This document shows, one piece after another, positions 35,978-45,196 of a stretch of DNA of 64,000 nucleotides. Origin of the DNA: a candidate division Kazan bacterium RIFCSPHIGHO2_01_FULL_44_14 (GTDB lineage: Bacteria; Patescibacteriota; Kazan-3B-28). The position numbers were made by a program, and so were the translations under genes. The stretch lies in the NCBI GenBank assembly GCA_001771185.1, contig METB01000001.1, positions 310,848 through 374,847 on the forward strand, written 5' to 3'. Below the pieces are notes generated by a model. That model made no database searches and was not told the origin of the DNA. It worked only from the letters and a program-made list of their open reading frames with translations. Within the stretch, counting starts at the first letter, position 1, and each line of letters starts with the position of its first letter.

Positions 35978-37693
35978 TCACTCCAATATGGCTTTAATCC
36001 GTCTGACTCCCGCGCTGCTACTCTGCTCTTTTACGATTCTAAAAGTTCCTAACTCTTTACTGGTTTGAATATGTGGACCGCCGCAGAGTTCTTTGCTGAT
36101 AACTTCGCCCGTGGTTTCATTATATATCGTATAAACATCGACTTCGGCCGGATATTTTTCCTTGAAGAAAGCCAGCGCCCCGGCTTGGATCGCATCCGCA
36201 TACGGTAAAGTTTCTTTTTTTATCACAAAACCGGCTTGAATCTTTTGATTTACCCAATCCTCAATTCGTTTTAATTCATCTGGCTCAACTCGGCGGGGAA
36301 AAGCAAAATCGAACCGAGTCCGCTCCGAGTTAATATCCGAACCGCCTTGATGAATTTCCTCGCCCAAAATTTCCCTTAAGGCAGCGTGCAGCAAATGGGT
36401 GGCGGTATGCAGACGAGTAATGATTTGTTGGTCAGTTTCGCTTACGACCGCTCCAGCCGAGAGCCCATGTCCACCAAATTTTTCTTCTACTCCCGCCCTG
36501 GAAACGTCCTGGTGCTGGGCAAAGGCCGTTTCGAACTCGGCTTCATTAACTGGCACTTTCTCTTTTATAAAATCAATTGGCAAACCGTAACTGGCAAATA
36601 GGTTAAAGGCCTGTTGACCGGTTAATGCTTTGGGATGGGTCTGTAATAGTTTATCTAGTTCTTTAGAACCAAGTTCGAGGGTACGAATAAACTTGTCGGC
36701 CTCTTCGCGAGCAAACTGCGAGATTGCCTGATGTTCGGCTACCAGTTCGGGATAGACCGGGCCAAATAAATCAATAACCGTTTCGATTAATTCATCTAAC
36801 CTGACACCGCTACTATGAATATGCAACAGCACCCGGCGCAAAATCCGGCGGAGAATATATCCTTGCTCTTTGTTGGATGGCCGAACATAGTCAGCCAGCA
36901 AAAATACTACTCCGCGGATATGGTCGGCGACCACTCGTTGGGCCTTAACCGGTAAATTGGTGAGTTTGGCCATGATTGGCGCAAACACATCCGTCGCAAA
37001 AATAGTTTCCAACTGATTCACTGCCACCAACAGTCGTTCTAGCCCCATACCAGTATCCACGCCCTTGGTGGGGAGGGGAGTTAGCTCCTCATTGGAGTGG
37101 CAATAGAATTCATTGAATACTAAATTCCACACTTCCACTCCATCCACATAAAATTCGACTGTCGGACCGCAAGGACCCTCTGTGCCAGTCGGCCCCCAAA
37201 AATTATCAGTATCGGGTTGGGCCATAATCTTAGTTAGACCAGGCAGGGTTTCTAAAATCTGTTTAGCTTCAGTGTCTTCAGCCGTCCCAGTTCGATTACC
37301 ATTATAAAAAGTGGCGAATAGCCGGTTCTTGTCTATGTTGAGAAACTTTGGATCAGTTAAAAACTCCCAAGCATACTCAATCGCTTCTGGTTTAAAATAT
37401 CCGCCAAACGAAAAATTACCCAACATCTCAAAAAAAGTTAGGTGAGTGTCATCGCCAACTTCATCGATATCGGCGGTCCGAAAACATTTCTGAATCGAAA
37501 CTACATTTTGCGAACCAAAATCTTTTTCGGCCTCTTTTAGTCCAACAAAGTACGGTTTGAATTGCTGCATCCCGGCGGTTGTTAACAAAACCGAAGCATC
37601 GTCTTTGGGCAACAGCGAAGCCGAGAGCACTAACTTGTGTCCTTTGTTCTCGAAGAATTGGAGAAACTTTTGCCTTAACTCTAGATGATTCAT
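35978..37693 (-). CDS. alaS: Alanyl-tRNA synthetase, compact form (catalytic plus editing domains, no C-Ala domain).
   Basis: It has the class II motifs, the editing-site HTATHLLHAAL and CGGPH, and ends right after the editing domain. Confidence 0.85.
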   Translation of the reverse strand: MNHLELRQKFLQFFENKGHKLVLSASLLPKDDASVLLTTAGMQQFKPYFVGLKEAEKDFGSQNVVSIQKCFRTADIDEVGDDTHLTFFEMLGNFSFGGYFKPEAIEYAWEFLTDPKFLNIDKNRLFATFYNGNRTGTAEDTEAKQILETLPGLTKIMAQPDTDNFWGPTGTEGPCGPTVEFYVDGVEVWNLVFNEFYCHSNEELTPLPTKGVDTGMGLERLLVAVNQLETIFATDVFAPIMAKLTNLPVKAQRVVADHIRGVVFLLADYVRPSNKEQGYILRRILRRVLLHIHSSGVRLDELIETVIDLFGPVYPELVAEHQAISQFAREEADKFIRTLELGSKELDKLLQTHPKALTGQQAFNLFASYGLPIDFIKEKVPVNEAEFETAFAQHQDVSRAGVEEKFGGHGLSAGAVVSETDQQIITRLHTATHLLHAALREILGEEIHQGGSDINSERTRFDFAFPRRVEPDELKRIEDWVNQKIQAGFVIKKETLPYADAIQAGALAFFKEKYPAEVDVYTIYNETTGEVISKELCGGPHIQTSKELGTFRIVKEQSSSAGVRRIKAILE

Positions 37694-37731
37694 TACCTAT
37701 TCAATATATATAGTTTGGGAGCATAAAAAAA

Positions 37732-37750
37732 GCCCAGTAGAGAACTGGGC
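37732..37750 (-). terminator. Rho-independent terminator downstream of 37772..38356.
   Basis: The hairpin GCCCAGTAGAGAACTGGGC is followed by a run of seven T on the minus strand. Confidence 0.65.
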
Positions 37751-37771
37751 TTAATTAAGAACGAAGTTGAA

Positions 37772-38356
37772 TCAAAGACCAAGGACGGCGAACTCAGATC
37801 TAATAACTTCTTCTTGAGGCGATGGAGCAAAAAATATGGGTGAAAGAGTGCCGAGAGGGACGGGATAGATTGTAGTGGTTAACACAATCCCGAATCCGTT
37901 CGGGCTCCCCTCTAAACCATGATACAACCCTGCACACTGATGATCATCACCAAGCCGAACGATGTTTTCGACTAATTGGTGGCTGCCATCATGCACTAGA
38001 AAATTTCCAACTGCGATATTACGCAAATCATCTAATGCCAGATCGGTTGACTGGGATCCTCCCTCCCTGACTACCTTAAGAAGTTCCGAGTAATGTTTGA
38101 ATACTCGAGGGGGGACATGATTGGATTTGGGAATGCCAATCTTAACTCGGCAGATTTGCTTGTATAACAAATGCCTCCCGTCGTCCAAGACAAACTGACT
38201 GTCGTCGATACGACCAGGGAGAGAATCTCCGAGTGGATCTTCCCCCAAACGAATCAGTACCCGTCGTCCCTGATAGTCCCTCAAAAACCACACGAGTACA
38301 TCGCCGCCCCATCGGGACAACATCATCTGGATGAACGCCGAAACATAAAATTCCAT
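37772..38356 (-). CDS. Hypothetical protein.
   Basis: It is a 194-aa ORF with a terminator downstream and no recognisable motifs. Confidence 0.35.
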   Translation of the reverse strand: MEFYVSAFIQMMLSRWGGDVLVWFLRDYQGRRVLIRLGEDPLGDSLPGRIDDSQFVLDDGRHLLYKQICRVKIGIPKSNHVPPRVFKHYSELLKVVREGGSQSTDLALDDLRNIAVGNFLVHDGSHQLVENIVRLGDDHQCAGLYHGLEGSPNGFGIVLTTTIYPVPLGTLSPIFFAPSPQEEVIRSEFAVLGL

Positions 38357-38450
38357 CCGAACCTCCCAAGAAATGTAAGGTACAAAACAGTTTCCAATAT
38401 ACAGATAATTGGCCTCTTAGACAATGGTGGCCGGTCCATTTAAGAGGGGA

Positions 38451-38479
38451 TTGACACGAGGAGAGTTTTGTGATATAAT
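38451..38479 (+). promoter_or_regulatory. Consensus sigma70-type promoter (TTGACA-17-TATAAT).
   Basis: TTGACA at 38451-38456, a 17-nt spacer, then TATAAT at 38474-38479. It drives 38512..38952. Confidence 0.65.
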
Positions 38480-38511
38480 GAAACAATCAGTTAGAAAAAT
38501 AAAAAACAACT

Positions 38512-38952
38512 ATGACAACCGAGAGTCTCCAGCCCGAGAGCAACGAGAATCAAAACGAGATGCAAAAAATTGCCGGCGAGGCACACCAGACCACAGAAGA
38601 TGTGTTCAAATTTTTGGCTGAGCAGATTAATCAAGTATCTGATTCGGAAATCAGAGAAGATGTCGCAAACAACATAGGGCAGTGGAATAGTGGCGCCAGG
38701 GAAACCTTTGGACTAATGCTCCAAGGCCTACAAGAACTTAGAAGTAACCCTGACCGATGGGAACAGGCCCAAGAAAGAGCCCTCCAGAACAAAGAAGTCA
38801 TTTTACAAAACCAGCAATTAGTTCCATTGGCACTTTTAACCAGCCAGATGAAAGATTCCAAGCGCGCTAGTCAATATTTCCAGCGAGCGATGAAAGATTT
38901 GGGAATACCGGCCGGTGTAATTTTCCGTGGCCAATTAAAAGAAGATAAATAA
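38512..38952 (+). CDS. Hypothetical protein (146 aa, helical, Q/E-rich).
   Basis: It has a consensus promoter upstream and a terminator hairpin downstream. Confidence 0.5.
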   Translation: MTTESLQPESNENQNEMQKIAGEAHQTTEDVFKFLAEQINQVSDSEIREDVANNIGQWNSGARETFGLMLQGLQELRSNPDRWEQAQERALQNKEVILQNQQLVPLALLTSQMKDSKRASQYFQRAMKDLGIPAGVIFRGQLKEDK

Positions 38953-38970
38953 CTATCTAATTAAATGTGG

Positions 38971-39006
38971 AAATCCCGCCAACAGATGTCAGCGGGATTT
39001 TTTTAT
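38971..39006 (+). terminator. Rho-independent terminator.
   Basis: AAATCCCGCCAACAGATGTCAGCGGGATTT followed by TTTTTAT. Confidence 0.7.
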
Positions 39007-39501
39007 GGGCTCCGAGACGAGAGCCGGCCTGATAGCACAGGCAGCCAACCAGGTCCCATGCCATCTAGCAACCAACTGGTCGAGATGGACAGACGAGTGG
39101 AGATCTCGTAACAAATCAGTGTAGATAATAAAGAATTCTTCTGGTGGCTCATCCGCCAAAATTTCCTGTGCAAAATCCGCCAGATCTATACTTGCGCGCC
39201 TGGTTGCTAGCGCCATACTCAAGAGAGGCCAGAACTCACTAGCGAAACCTGATTTGGTTTCATTAATGATTTCTTCTGGCAAACCCCGAGCGACTCTGGC
39301 TAATAGTAGGGGGCTTTCAACCTGACAAAGAGCGACAAGCTCGACGGCTTTGAGGTATGATTCCCGGTCTAACCATTCATTCACCACATCACCTCCAAAG
39401 AACAAAATATTTACCAGCATCAGCATGACTAACCAAAGGTCATCAGTCAACAGTTTCTTGGCTCTAGGAGCGAGGAAGCGTAAGATGGTGATATGAAACA
39501 A
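38989..39501 (-). CDS. Hypothetical protein.
   Basis: It is a 170-aa ORF. Its 5' end overlaps the cysteine desulfurase start, so the true start is probably internal. Confidence 0.3.
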   Translation of the reverse strand: MFHITILRFLAPRAKKLLTDDLWLVMLMLVNILFFGGDVVNEWLDRESYLKAVELVALCQVESPLLLARVARGLPEEIINETKSGFASEFWPLLSMALATRRASIDLADFAQEILADEPPEEFFIIYTDLLRDLHSSVHLDQLVARWHGTWLAACAIRPALVSEPIKKSR

Positions 39502-40623
39502 ATTTACCTAGATTATTCCGCCAGCGCCCCTTTACGCCCAGAAGTGAAGACAGCGATGAGAAAAGCTGAAGCAGTTTTTGGCAATCCCAATAGTATTCAC
39601 GGGTCCGGTCGCGAAGCGCTCAACCTGGTTGACGCTTCCAGACGAGATATCGCCAGTATATTGGACTGTCAGCCCAATGAGATTATTTTCGCTGGCTCGG
39701 CCACCGAGGCCGACAACCTCGCCATTAAAGGAGTAGCTTTAAGCCAAAAGAAAGGACATGTCATTACCACCGCTATCGAACACAAGGCGGTATTAGAAAG
39801 CTACCATTGGTTAGAGGACCAGGGATTCGCCGTTAGTTATTTGGAACCTAACCACGAGGGGATGATTTTGGTCGAACAAATTGAATCAGCCATTCGACCC
39901 GATACAATTTTGGTGTCAGTCATGTATGCCAATAATGAAATCGGTACAATCCAACCAATCCGAGAAATTGGTAAATTAATCGAAGTATTAAATCGGGGAC
40001 GCACTCACCCAATTTTATTTCATACTGACGCAGTCCAAGCCGGCAACTATTTAAATTTAGATGTGAAATCGCTCCATGTGGACTTGCTGACTCTCTCTGG
40101 ACATAAACTTGGTGGGCCCAAGGGAGTGGGATTGTTGTTCGTTCGAAATGGAGTTAATTTAACCCCGCAAATCCATGGCGGAGGACAAGAGCGGGGGATA
40201 CGCTCGGGCACAATCAATGTAGTCGGAGTAGTTGGATTAACTACTGCAATTGAGTTAGCCCAAAAAAATAAAATCCGGGAAACTAAGCGATTGTCTGCCC
40301 TGCAGCGATATTTGATCAACGCTTTGCACCAAATGCCTGGAGTTGCAATCAACGGTTCAACTACTAACCGACTGCCGAATAATTTGAATTTCTCTGTGCC
40401 AAAAATAACTAGCGAGGAATTAGTGATTGGGTTAGACCGGCAGGGGATTGCGGTGTCGGCCGCATCGGCCTGTGCGGCTGGCAGTATTGAACCATCATAT
40501 GTATTATCGGCAATGGGGCTATCTCAATCGCGAATTAATTCGAGTGTACGAATAAGTTGGGGCTGGGAGACGACTAAAAGCGATTTAACCACATTGGTCA
40601 AATCGCTTAAAAACCTGGTCTAG
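39493..40623 (+). CDS. iscS: Cysteine desulfurase (NifS/IscS family).
   Basis: It has the PLP-lysine context LSGHKLGGPKGVGLLFV, the class V aminotransferase fold, and a C-terminal active-site Cys region (SAASACAAGS). Confidence 0.85.
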   Translation: MKQIYLDYSASAPLRPEVKTAMRKAEAVFGNPNSIHGSGREALNLVDASRRDIASILDCQPNEIIFAGSATEADNLAIKGVALSQKKGHVITTAIEHKAVLESYHWLEDQGFAVSYLEPNHEGMILVEQIESAIRPDTILVSVMYANNEIGTIQPIREIGKLIEVLNRGRTHPILFHTDAVQAGNYLNLDVKSLHVDLLTLSGHKLGGPKGVGLLFVRNGVNLTPQIHGGGQERGIRSGTINVVGVVGLTTAIELAQKNKIRETKRLSALQRYLINALHQMPGVAINGSTTNRLPNNLNFSVPKITSEELVIGLDRQGIAVSAASACAAGSIEPSYVLSAMGLSQSRINSSVRISWGWETTKSDLTTLVKSLKNLV

Positions 40624-40686
40624 AAAAGCAAAAAACACTTCCCCCATGGAGTGTTTTTTGCATTCGTGCGCACTAAAAGCAAAAAA

Positions 40687-40866
40687 TTATTTGCGTGCGC
40701 GGCGACGTCTGCGTTTTGGAGCTGCCTTCTTGACAGCGGCCTTACGGCGACGCACTACTCTACGCTTCTTCGGAGCGGCTTTCTTCGCAGTCGTCTTGCG
40801 ACGGCGACGTACCACTCTTTTCTTTGGGGCAGCTTTCTTGGCTGCTTTCCGTCTGCGTACTACCAT
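40687..40866 (-). CDS. Small K/R-rich histone-H1-like DNA-binding protein with three tandem VVRRR(R)K-(A/T)AKKAAPK(K/R)R repeats.
   Basis: The start MVVRRRK is preceded by a GGGGG RBS. About 55 residues are almost entirely K/R/A/P repeats, and the same repeat is visible at the DNA level. Confidence 0.5.
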   Translation of the reverse strand: MVVRRRKAAKKAAPKKRVVRRRRKTTAKKAAPKKRRVVRRRKAAVKKAAPKRRRRRARK

Positions 40867-40997
40867 GGAAACCCCCATGTGTTTAATAATATACTCTATG
40901 TTATTGTACTTTCGACAAATACAATCCTTCACTAAAAATTATACGGCGATTGTTTTAGTAATACAATGTATTTCAACTATTTTTTATCCAAATTACA

Positions 40998-41025
40998 ATA
41001 TCCCCGCTCACATGAGCGGGGATAT
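40998..41025 (-). terminator. Terminator hairpin downstream of rplY.
   Basis: ATATCCCCGCTCACATGAGCGGGGATAT. Confidence 0.55.
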
Positions 41026-41054
41026 TGTGCGAATAAATGTTAACCTGTAAAAAA

Positions 41055-41741
41055 TTATTCGTCTTTTTTCGACTCGCTTCCGCTCTCGCCTGGAGTTTCT
41101 TCACCATCCACTTTTTCCGCGGTGGCTTCGACACCGGCGACGGCTTCTTCTTCGCTAATTGGCGCAACTTCTACTTCTTCAGCGCGTTGTGGAGTTACAA
41201 CCACAATCACTTCTTCTGGCTCATCTAATATTTCCACGCCAACCGGGGCCTTAACATTTTTAACTAAAATAGAATCGTCAATCTTCTGCAAAACCGACAA
41301 GTCGAGAGTGAATTCATGCGGTAAGTCCTTCGGCAGACATTCAACTTCTAATTTATCTTTGCTGGTTAAAAGTACGCCATCAAAGGTCTCAATCGCCGGG
41401 GCCTCACCTTCAAACACTAACGGGACTTCGGCTTTAATCTTTTCGTCCAACCGCACTTGATAAAAATCCAAATGAGTAAGGGCACCGGTCCTGGGATCGA
41501 ACTGGTGGTCTTTGATTAGCACAGTCCGTTCGCCTTCACCTTCGATATTGAGATTAATTAGTGAACTACTGCCGGCTTGATGGAGAATCTTCCCGGCATC
41601 AGCCGTATCAGCCAAGACCGCTACTGGAGCGTTGTTCTTACCATAAACCACGCCTGGGACCTGTCCCTGGCGTCTTAAGACGTCCGGCTTGGTGTCAGCC
41701 GGTCTGGTGGCTACCTTCAGATTATATTCGCCAATACCCAT
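41055..41741 (-). CDS. rplY: 50S ribosomal protein L25 / general stress protein Ctc.
   Basis: It reads LKVATRPADTKPDVLRRQGQVPGVVYGKN..LHQAGSSSLINL, a Ctc-length beta domain with an acidic C-tail. Confidence 0.85.
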   Translation of the reverse strand: MGIGEYNLKVATRPADTKPDVLRRQGQVPGVVYGKNNAPVAVLADTADAGKILHQAGSSSLINLNIEGEGERTVLIKDHQFDPRTGALTHLDFYQVRLDEKIKAEVPLVFEGEAPAIETFDGVLLTSKDKLEVECLPKDLPHEFTLDLSVLQKIDDSILVKNVKAPVGVEILDEPEEVIVVVTPQRAEEVEVAPISEEEAVAGVEATAEKVDGEETPGESGSESKKDE

Positions 41742-41922
41742 AACAGGAGAATCTTATACCGAACCGCCACCTAGAGTCAACCCGGTAGAAGAAATTTGAT
41801 TGCGCTTTGCGCCGACGCCTAAAAGGGCATATCAAATTTTCTCTACTGGGTCAACTATGGGGAATTGGACACAAAAAGGACGGGTGGATTGCTCTAACCC
41901 GTCCACCTATAAGATTAAGTGC

Positions 41923-42372
41923 TTAAGGAATTCTAATTACCCTTGAGAAATCACCATCAAATTCTTTCAGATACTCGTGGGTATCTAACACATCATCATA
42001 CGATATCGGGTTGAGAGCAGAGAAGAGTTCTTCGGCGGGGATACCCTCGACCGATATCTCGCGGGGCTCGGCATCACCCAGAGAGCGGTAATCAAAGCCC
42101 TCTAGTGATTCTGGCTCCATTGATTTCATATCTGACAAGGCAACATCGTCAGCTGTTACTTCAGTTGAAATGATTTCGCCTGATTCATTAGCCAAAGCCA
42201 CGCTCGCAAAAACCGGAGTATGGCAATCAGCACATCTCATATGCAGGAAAGTCATACTGTCCAGCTGCCCCAAATAATGGATGTCTTCCGGGGTATATTT
42301 AGCCGAACAATGGGGGCACCGCATGATGTCCTGGAGATTATGAACGAGACGCTCAAACTGCTGGTTGTTCAT
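41923..42372 (-). CDS. Hypothetical zinc-ribbon protein with an acidic C-terminal half.
   Basis: It has CPHCS..17..CADCH. Start is taken at MNNQQFERL because a TTGACA-17-TATGAT promoter overlaps the upstream ATG at 42423. Confidence 0.4.
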   Translation of the reverse strand: MNNQQFERLVHNLQDIMRCPHCSAKYTPEDIHYLGQLDSMTFLHMRCADCHTPVFASVALANESGEIISTEVTADDVALSDMKSMEPESLEGFDYRSLGDAEPREISVEGIPAEELFSALNPISYDDVLDTHEYLKEFDGDFSRVIRIP

Positions 42373-42423
42373 TTTAGTTTTTGTTTTAATTTTGGAGCGC
42401 CAGGGGATTATTTCATCATACAA

Positions 42424-42452
42424 TAAAATCCTTTTCTTGTCAAGAGTATCTA
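42424..42452 (-). promoter_or_regulatory. Sigma70-like promoter (TTGACA-17-TATGAT) for the zinc-ribbon gene.
   Basis: Read on the minus strand as ttgacaagaaaaggattttattgtatgat. The -35 box overlaps the stop codon of the upstream MraY/WecA gene. Confidence 0.45.
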
Positions 42453-43472
42453 AGGTGTAAATCGCCTAAAATGCAGGACCAGACGGACTATTCCGGCTAA
42501 GACCAATATTACAATCCCAAGAGTAATCAACTTCAGCCAAGTTCCGGACATCAAAGCCACTAAACCGAAGCCAAAAGTCAGCAAATAGATAAGCCCGACT
42601 ACTGTTCGTTGACCCAGACCCAAATCTAACAGCAGGTGGTGAAGATGTTCGCGGTCAGCTGACCAGGGGGCTCGACCACTTTTGATGCGCCGAATCATCG
42701 ACCAGGCGAAATCAACTATCGGAAGGCCTAACACTAACACGGCCGTAGCAACTTTCCCGCCACTAATAATTGCTAAGGTCGCAATCATAAAACCAAGCAG
42801 GTGACTGCCTGAATCGCCCATAAACAGTTTGGCTGGATGCCAGTTATAAACCAAGAACCCCAGTGATGCGGCAGCCACAATTGAAGCCCAAATGGCCACA
42901 TCTGGTTGATTAACAATTGCAAATAAACTCAAAACCGCTAATATCCCAGCCGAAATAGCGCTGACCCCGCTCGCTAGACCGTCTAACCCATCTAAAAAAT
43001 TAACTGTGTTTACGATTAGCAAAATCCAAATCAGCGTCAATATAATATCGATTACCGGCGCCAGCAAAATTGTTCCACCTAGTGGATTAGTCAAATTAGT
43101 AATCGTAATTCCAAACATCACCGGGATAGTGGCCGAGGTAAATTGGCCGAGTAGTTTGACAGGTGGGGGAAGATTATATAAGTCATCTAGTAAACCAAGG
43201 ATAAAGAATGCCGTCCCACCCAAGAAAACGCCATAGAGTCGAGGGTCGAGACGAAAGAAAATTATTAACGACAGCATTATTCCCAAAAAGACAGCCACAC
43301 CGCCCAACCGAACCATTGGCCGAGTATGCACCCGCCGAGTCGAAGCGGGGACATCAAGTAATTTCCATTTAGTCGCCAACTTTAAAACAATCGGAGTAGC
43401 CACTATCACAATTCCACCAGCCACTAAAGCGCTAAGCGATAATTGAATCCAGGGGATAGGAATAAGATTCAT
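42450..43472 (-). CDS. Glycosyltransferase family 4 polyprenyl-phosphate sugar-phosphate transferase (MraY/WecA family).
   Basis: It has ~10 TM helices, GLLDDLYNL, and VNFLDGLDGLASG. These motifs are shared by WecA/TagO and MraY. At 340 aa, a WecA-like enzyme seems more likely. Confidence 0.7.
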   Translation of the reverse strand: MNLIPIPWIQLSLSALVAGGIVIVATPIVLKLATKWKLLDVPASTRRVHTRPMVRLGGVAVFLGIMLSLIIFFRLDPRLYGVFLGGTAFFILGLLDDLYNLPPPVKLLGQFTSATIPVMFGITITNLTNPLGGTILLAPVIDIILTLIWILLIVNTVNFLDGLDGLASGVSAISAGILAVLSLFAIVNQPDVAIWASIVAAASLGFLVYNWHPAKLFMGDSGSHLLGFMIATLAIISGGKVATAVLVLGLPIVDFAWSMIRRIKSGRAPWSADREHLHHLLLDLGLGQRTVVGLIYLLTFGFGLVALMSGTWLKLITLGIVILVLAGIVRLVLHFRRFTP

Positions 43473-43555
43473 TGAGAAAGTGAAAAGTTAAAAGTTAAAA
43501 GTTGAGGAATTCCGGCGGAGCCGAAAATTTGATACAAAACATAGAGAACGGAGAA

Positions 43556-43855
43556 TTAGGATGCTACCAATCCAAGGATGGTTGCGCGATTGTCATTGTC
43601 GGCGACTTTGTTCTTTTTGGTTATTCCGCACCGAAGACAACGATGAACTATGTCATATTCTTGGGCTTTGCTCTCTACCCCAACTGGCTCCATCATACCG
43701 CCACAGTTATTGCTTCTGTCGCCCGGGATATTATCAACATGCTTACTCCAAAGACATTTGGAGCAATGATTGGTGTAGCCAGTGCCTTTCACCTCAAGTC
43801 CGCAATGTTCACAAACAAAATCCTCGAGGGTTCGAATAAAGTTTTTTCTAAGCAT
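43556..43855 (-). CDS. RNHCP-domain protein.
   Basis: It reads FVCEHCGLEVKGTGYTNHCSKCLWSKHVD..CGGMMEPV..HRCLRCG, the RNHCP Cys pattern. The start is uncertain; the ORF is open up to 44005. Confidence 0.5.
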   Translation of the reverse strand: MLRKNFIRTLEDFVCEHCGLEVKGTGYTNHCSKCLWSKHVDNIPGDRSNNCGGMMEPVGVESKAQEYDIVHRCLRCGITKKNKVADNDNRATILGLVAS

Positions 43856-44004
43856 CCTGTTAGGAATCAACCTAGCGTTTATAAATAGATTCTGCTTGCT
43901 TGCCCTCGACTGTCCCGATAGGTGATTTCTAACGGGACAGGTTACCTCCATCATATAAGAAAAAGACACCGGTTGGCAGAACCGGTGTCTAATTAATGAG
44001 CGCA

Positions 44005-45108
44005 TTACTCTTTGGGGTCGGAGGCGCCGGTGTTGAGCGATATCTTATTCTCGCTAAGCTCGGCGAGACGTTCTTGATCAAATTCCCAACGACTTGCGGG
44101 ATGCTTGAACTCTTTGAAGGAGAGTTCTTTGCCGTCCCACTTCAACCGCACTACCGGGTAGGGAACCTCGTCGCTTCGTTCGGCATAGTGAGCATGGATC
44201 TCGCATCCCTGCTCAAGCGTAATCAAAGCAAACTTGGGGGAGTAGATGTTCCCTCCGTGAATGGACTCCTTCTCGGTTAGACGATCTAACTGTCCCCGAT
44301 TATGATCACGAAAGATTCTATCCTGTTTCTCCTCGATTGCAAGCAACCGAAACCCGGTCGGTGAGCCATCCCAGTCCCAATAGCCATTATCCCGAGTGTC
44401 ACGAGGACCACCGCGAATAATCATTGGACCTTCTGTCCAAATCCGTTTGCCGGTTACCCGGTAAAGATTAGTGACCGCCAAGATTACTCCACCACTTTTG
44501 CCCTCTTGGTATGGCACTGCCAGTTGATGACCAGACATAATGCTAGTTAAAGACATCCGGTCTGGACGAGGGTAGATGATGACAACATGTTCCCTGCAAA
44601 CATCATCCTCATCCCCAAGATTAATCAACTCACTCAAATCAAGCCATGGGCAGTTGAAAGACGCTTCGCCCAATTTAATCCGACGCTGGCCCTCAAGATT
44701 TTGGATTTGGATGCCTTTTTCAGCTACTTGGGTCGCCACATCTACTGTAAAAGCGCAATAAACCGTTTCCTGCGCCTTGGCCGAGGCATTAATCACATAG
44801 CAAAATACCAACTGTCCATCACTGGACTTAGATGCTTTTGCTCGCAACACCATCCCCTTGCCAACTAGCCGAAGATCGACCGCGTCCTGCGGTGCCTTCT
44901 TGGCCGGATTCGCTACCTCGCCAGTACCTTTGCAAAAACCGCAAGTGGTGGATGGTTCATGCATCCCCACATTCTGACGCCCACACCCGTCACAGCCCCT
45001 GCACTTGATTCGGTCATCAACCAGTATCGCTTGTTCATGGCGCCATCGCCACTCTGCTAACTCACGAAGTTGGTCATTTGAAAGATAGGACAAAATCACG
45101 CTGTCCAC
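44005..45108 (-). CDS. Hypothetical protein with an N-terminal Cys-rich zinc-finger-like region.
   Basis: It has CRGCDGCGRQ..CGFCKGTG, DnaJ-like CxxCxGxG knuckles, within a 367-aa ORF of no recognised family. Confidence 0.4.
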   Translation of the reverse strand: MDSVILSYLSNDQLRELAEWRWRHEQAILVDDRIKCRGCDGCGRQNVGMHEPSTTCGFCKGTGEVANPAKKAPQDAVDLRLVGKGMVLRAKASKSSDGQLVFCYVINASAKAQETVYCAFTVDVATQVAEKGIQIQNLEGQRRIKLGEASFNCPWLDLSELINLGDEDDVCREHVVIIYPRPDRMSLTSIMSGHQLAVPYQEGKSGGVILAVTNLYRVTGKRIWTEGPMIIRGGPRDTRDNGYWDWDGSPTGFRLLAIEEKQDRIFRDHNRGQLDRLTEKESIHGGNIYSPKFALITLEQGCEIHAHYAERSDEVPYPVVRLKWDGKELSFKEFKHPASRWEFDQERLAELSENKISLNTGASDPKE

Positions 45109-45196
45109 TATTTTTACCTCCTAAGCAGTTAAAGTACAAAAATAACTGACAGGTCATTGTATCACCCCTGTAGTAGAAATCTAGCCAAGCCAATTC

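Noticed and set aside
40646-41228. Plus-strand ORFs (134, 94 and 63 aa) with R/A/F-rich low-complexity translations.
   Set aside because: They are the alternative-frame and antisense readings of the K/R-repeat DNA of the histone-like gene and of rplY. The minus-strand gene has an RBS and a coherent repeat structure.
43502-43888. 128-aa and 92-aa plus-strand ORFs.
   Set aside because: They are antisense to the RNHCP-domain ORF, which has a recognisable Cys motif.
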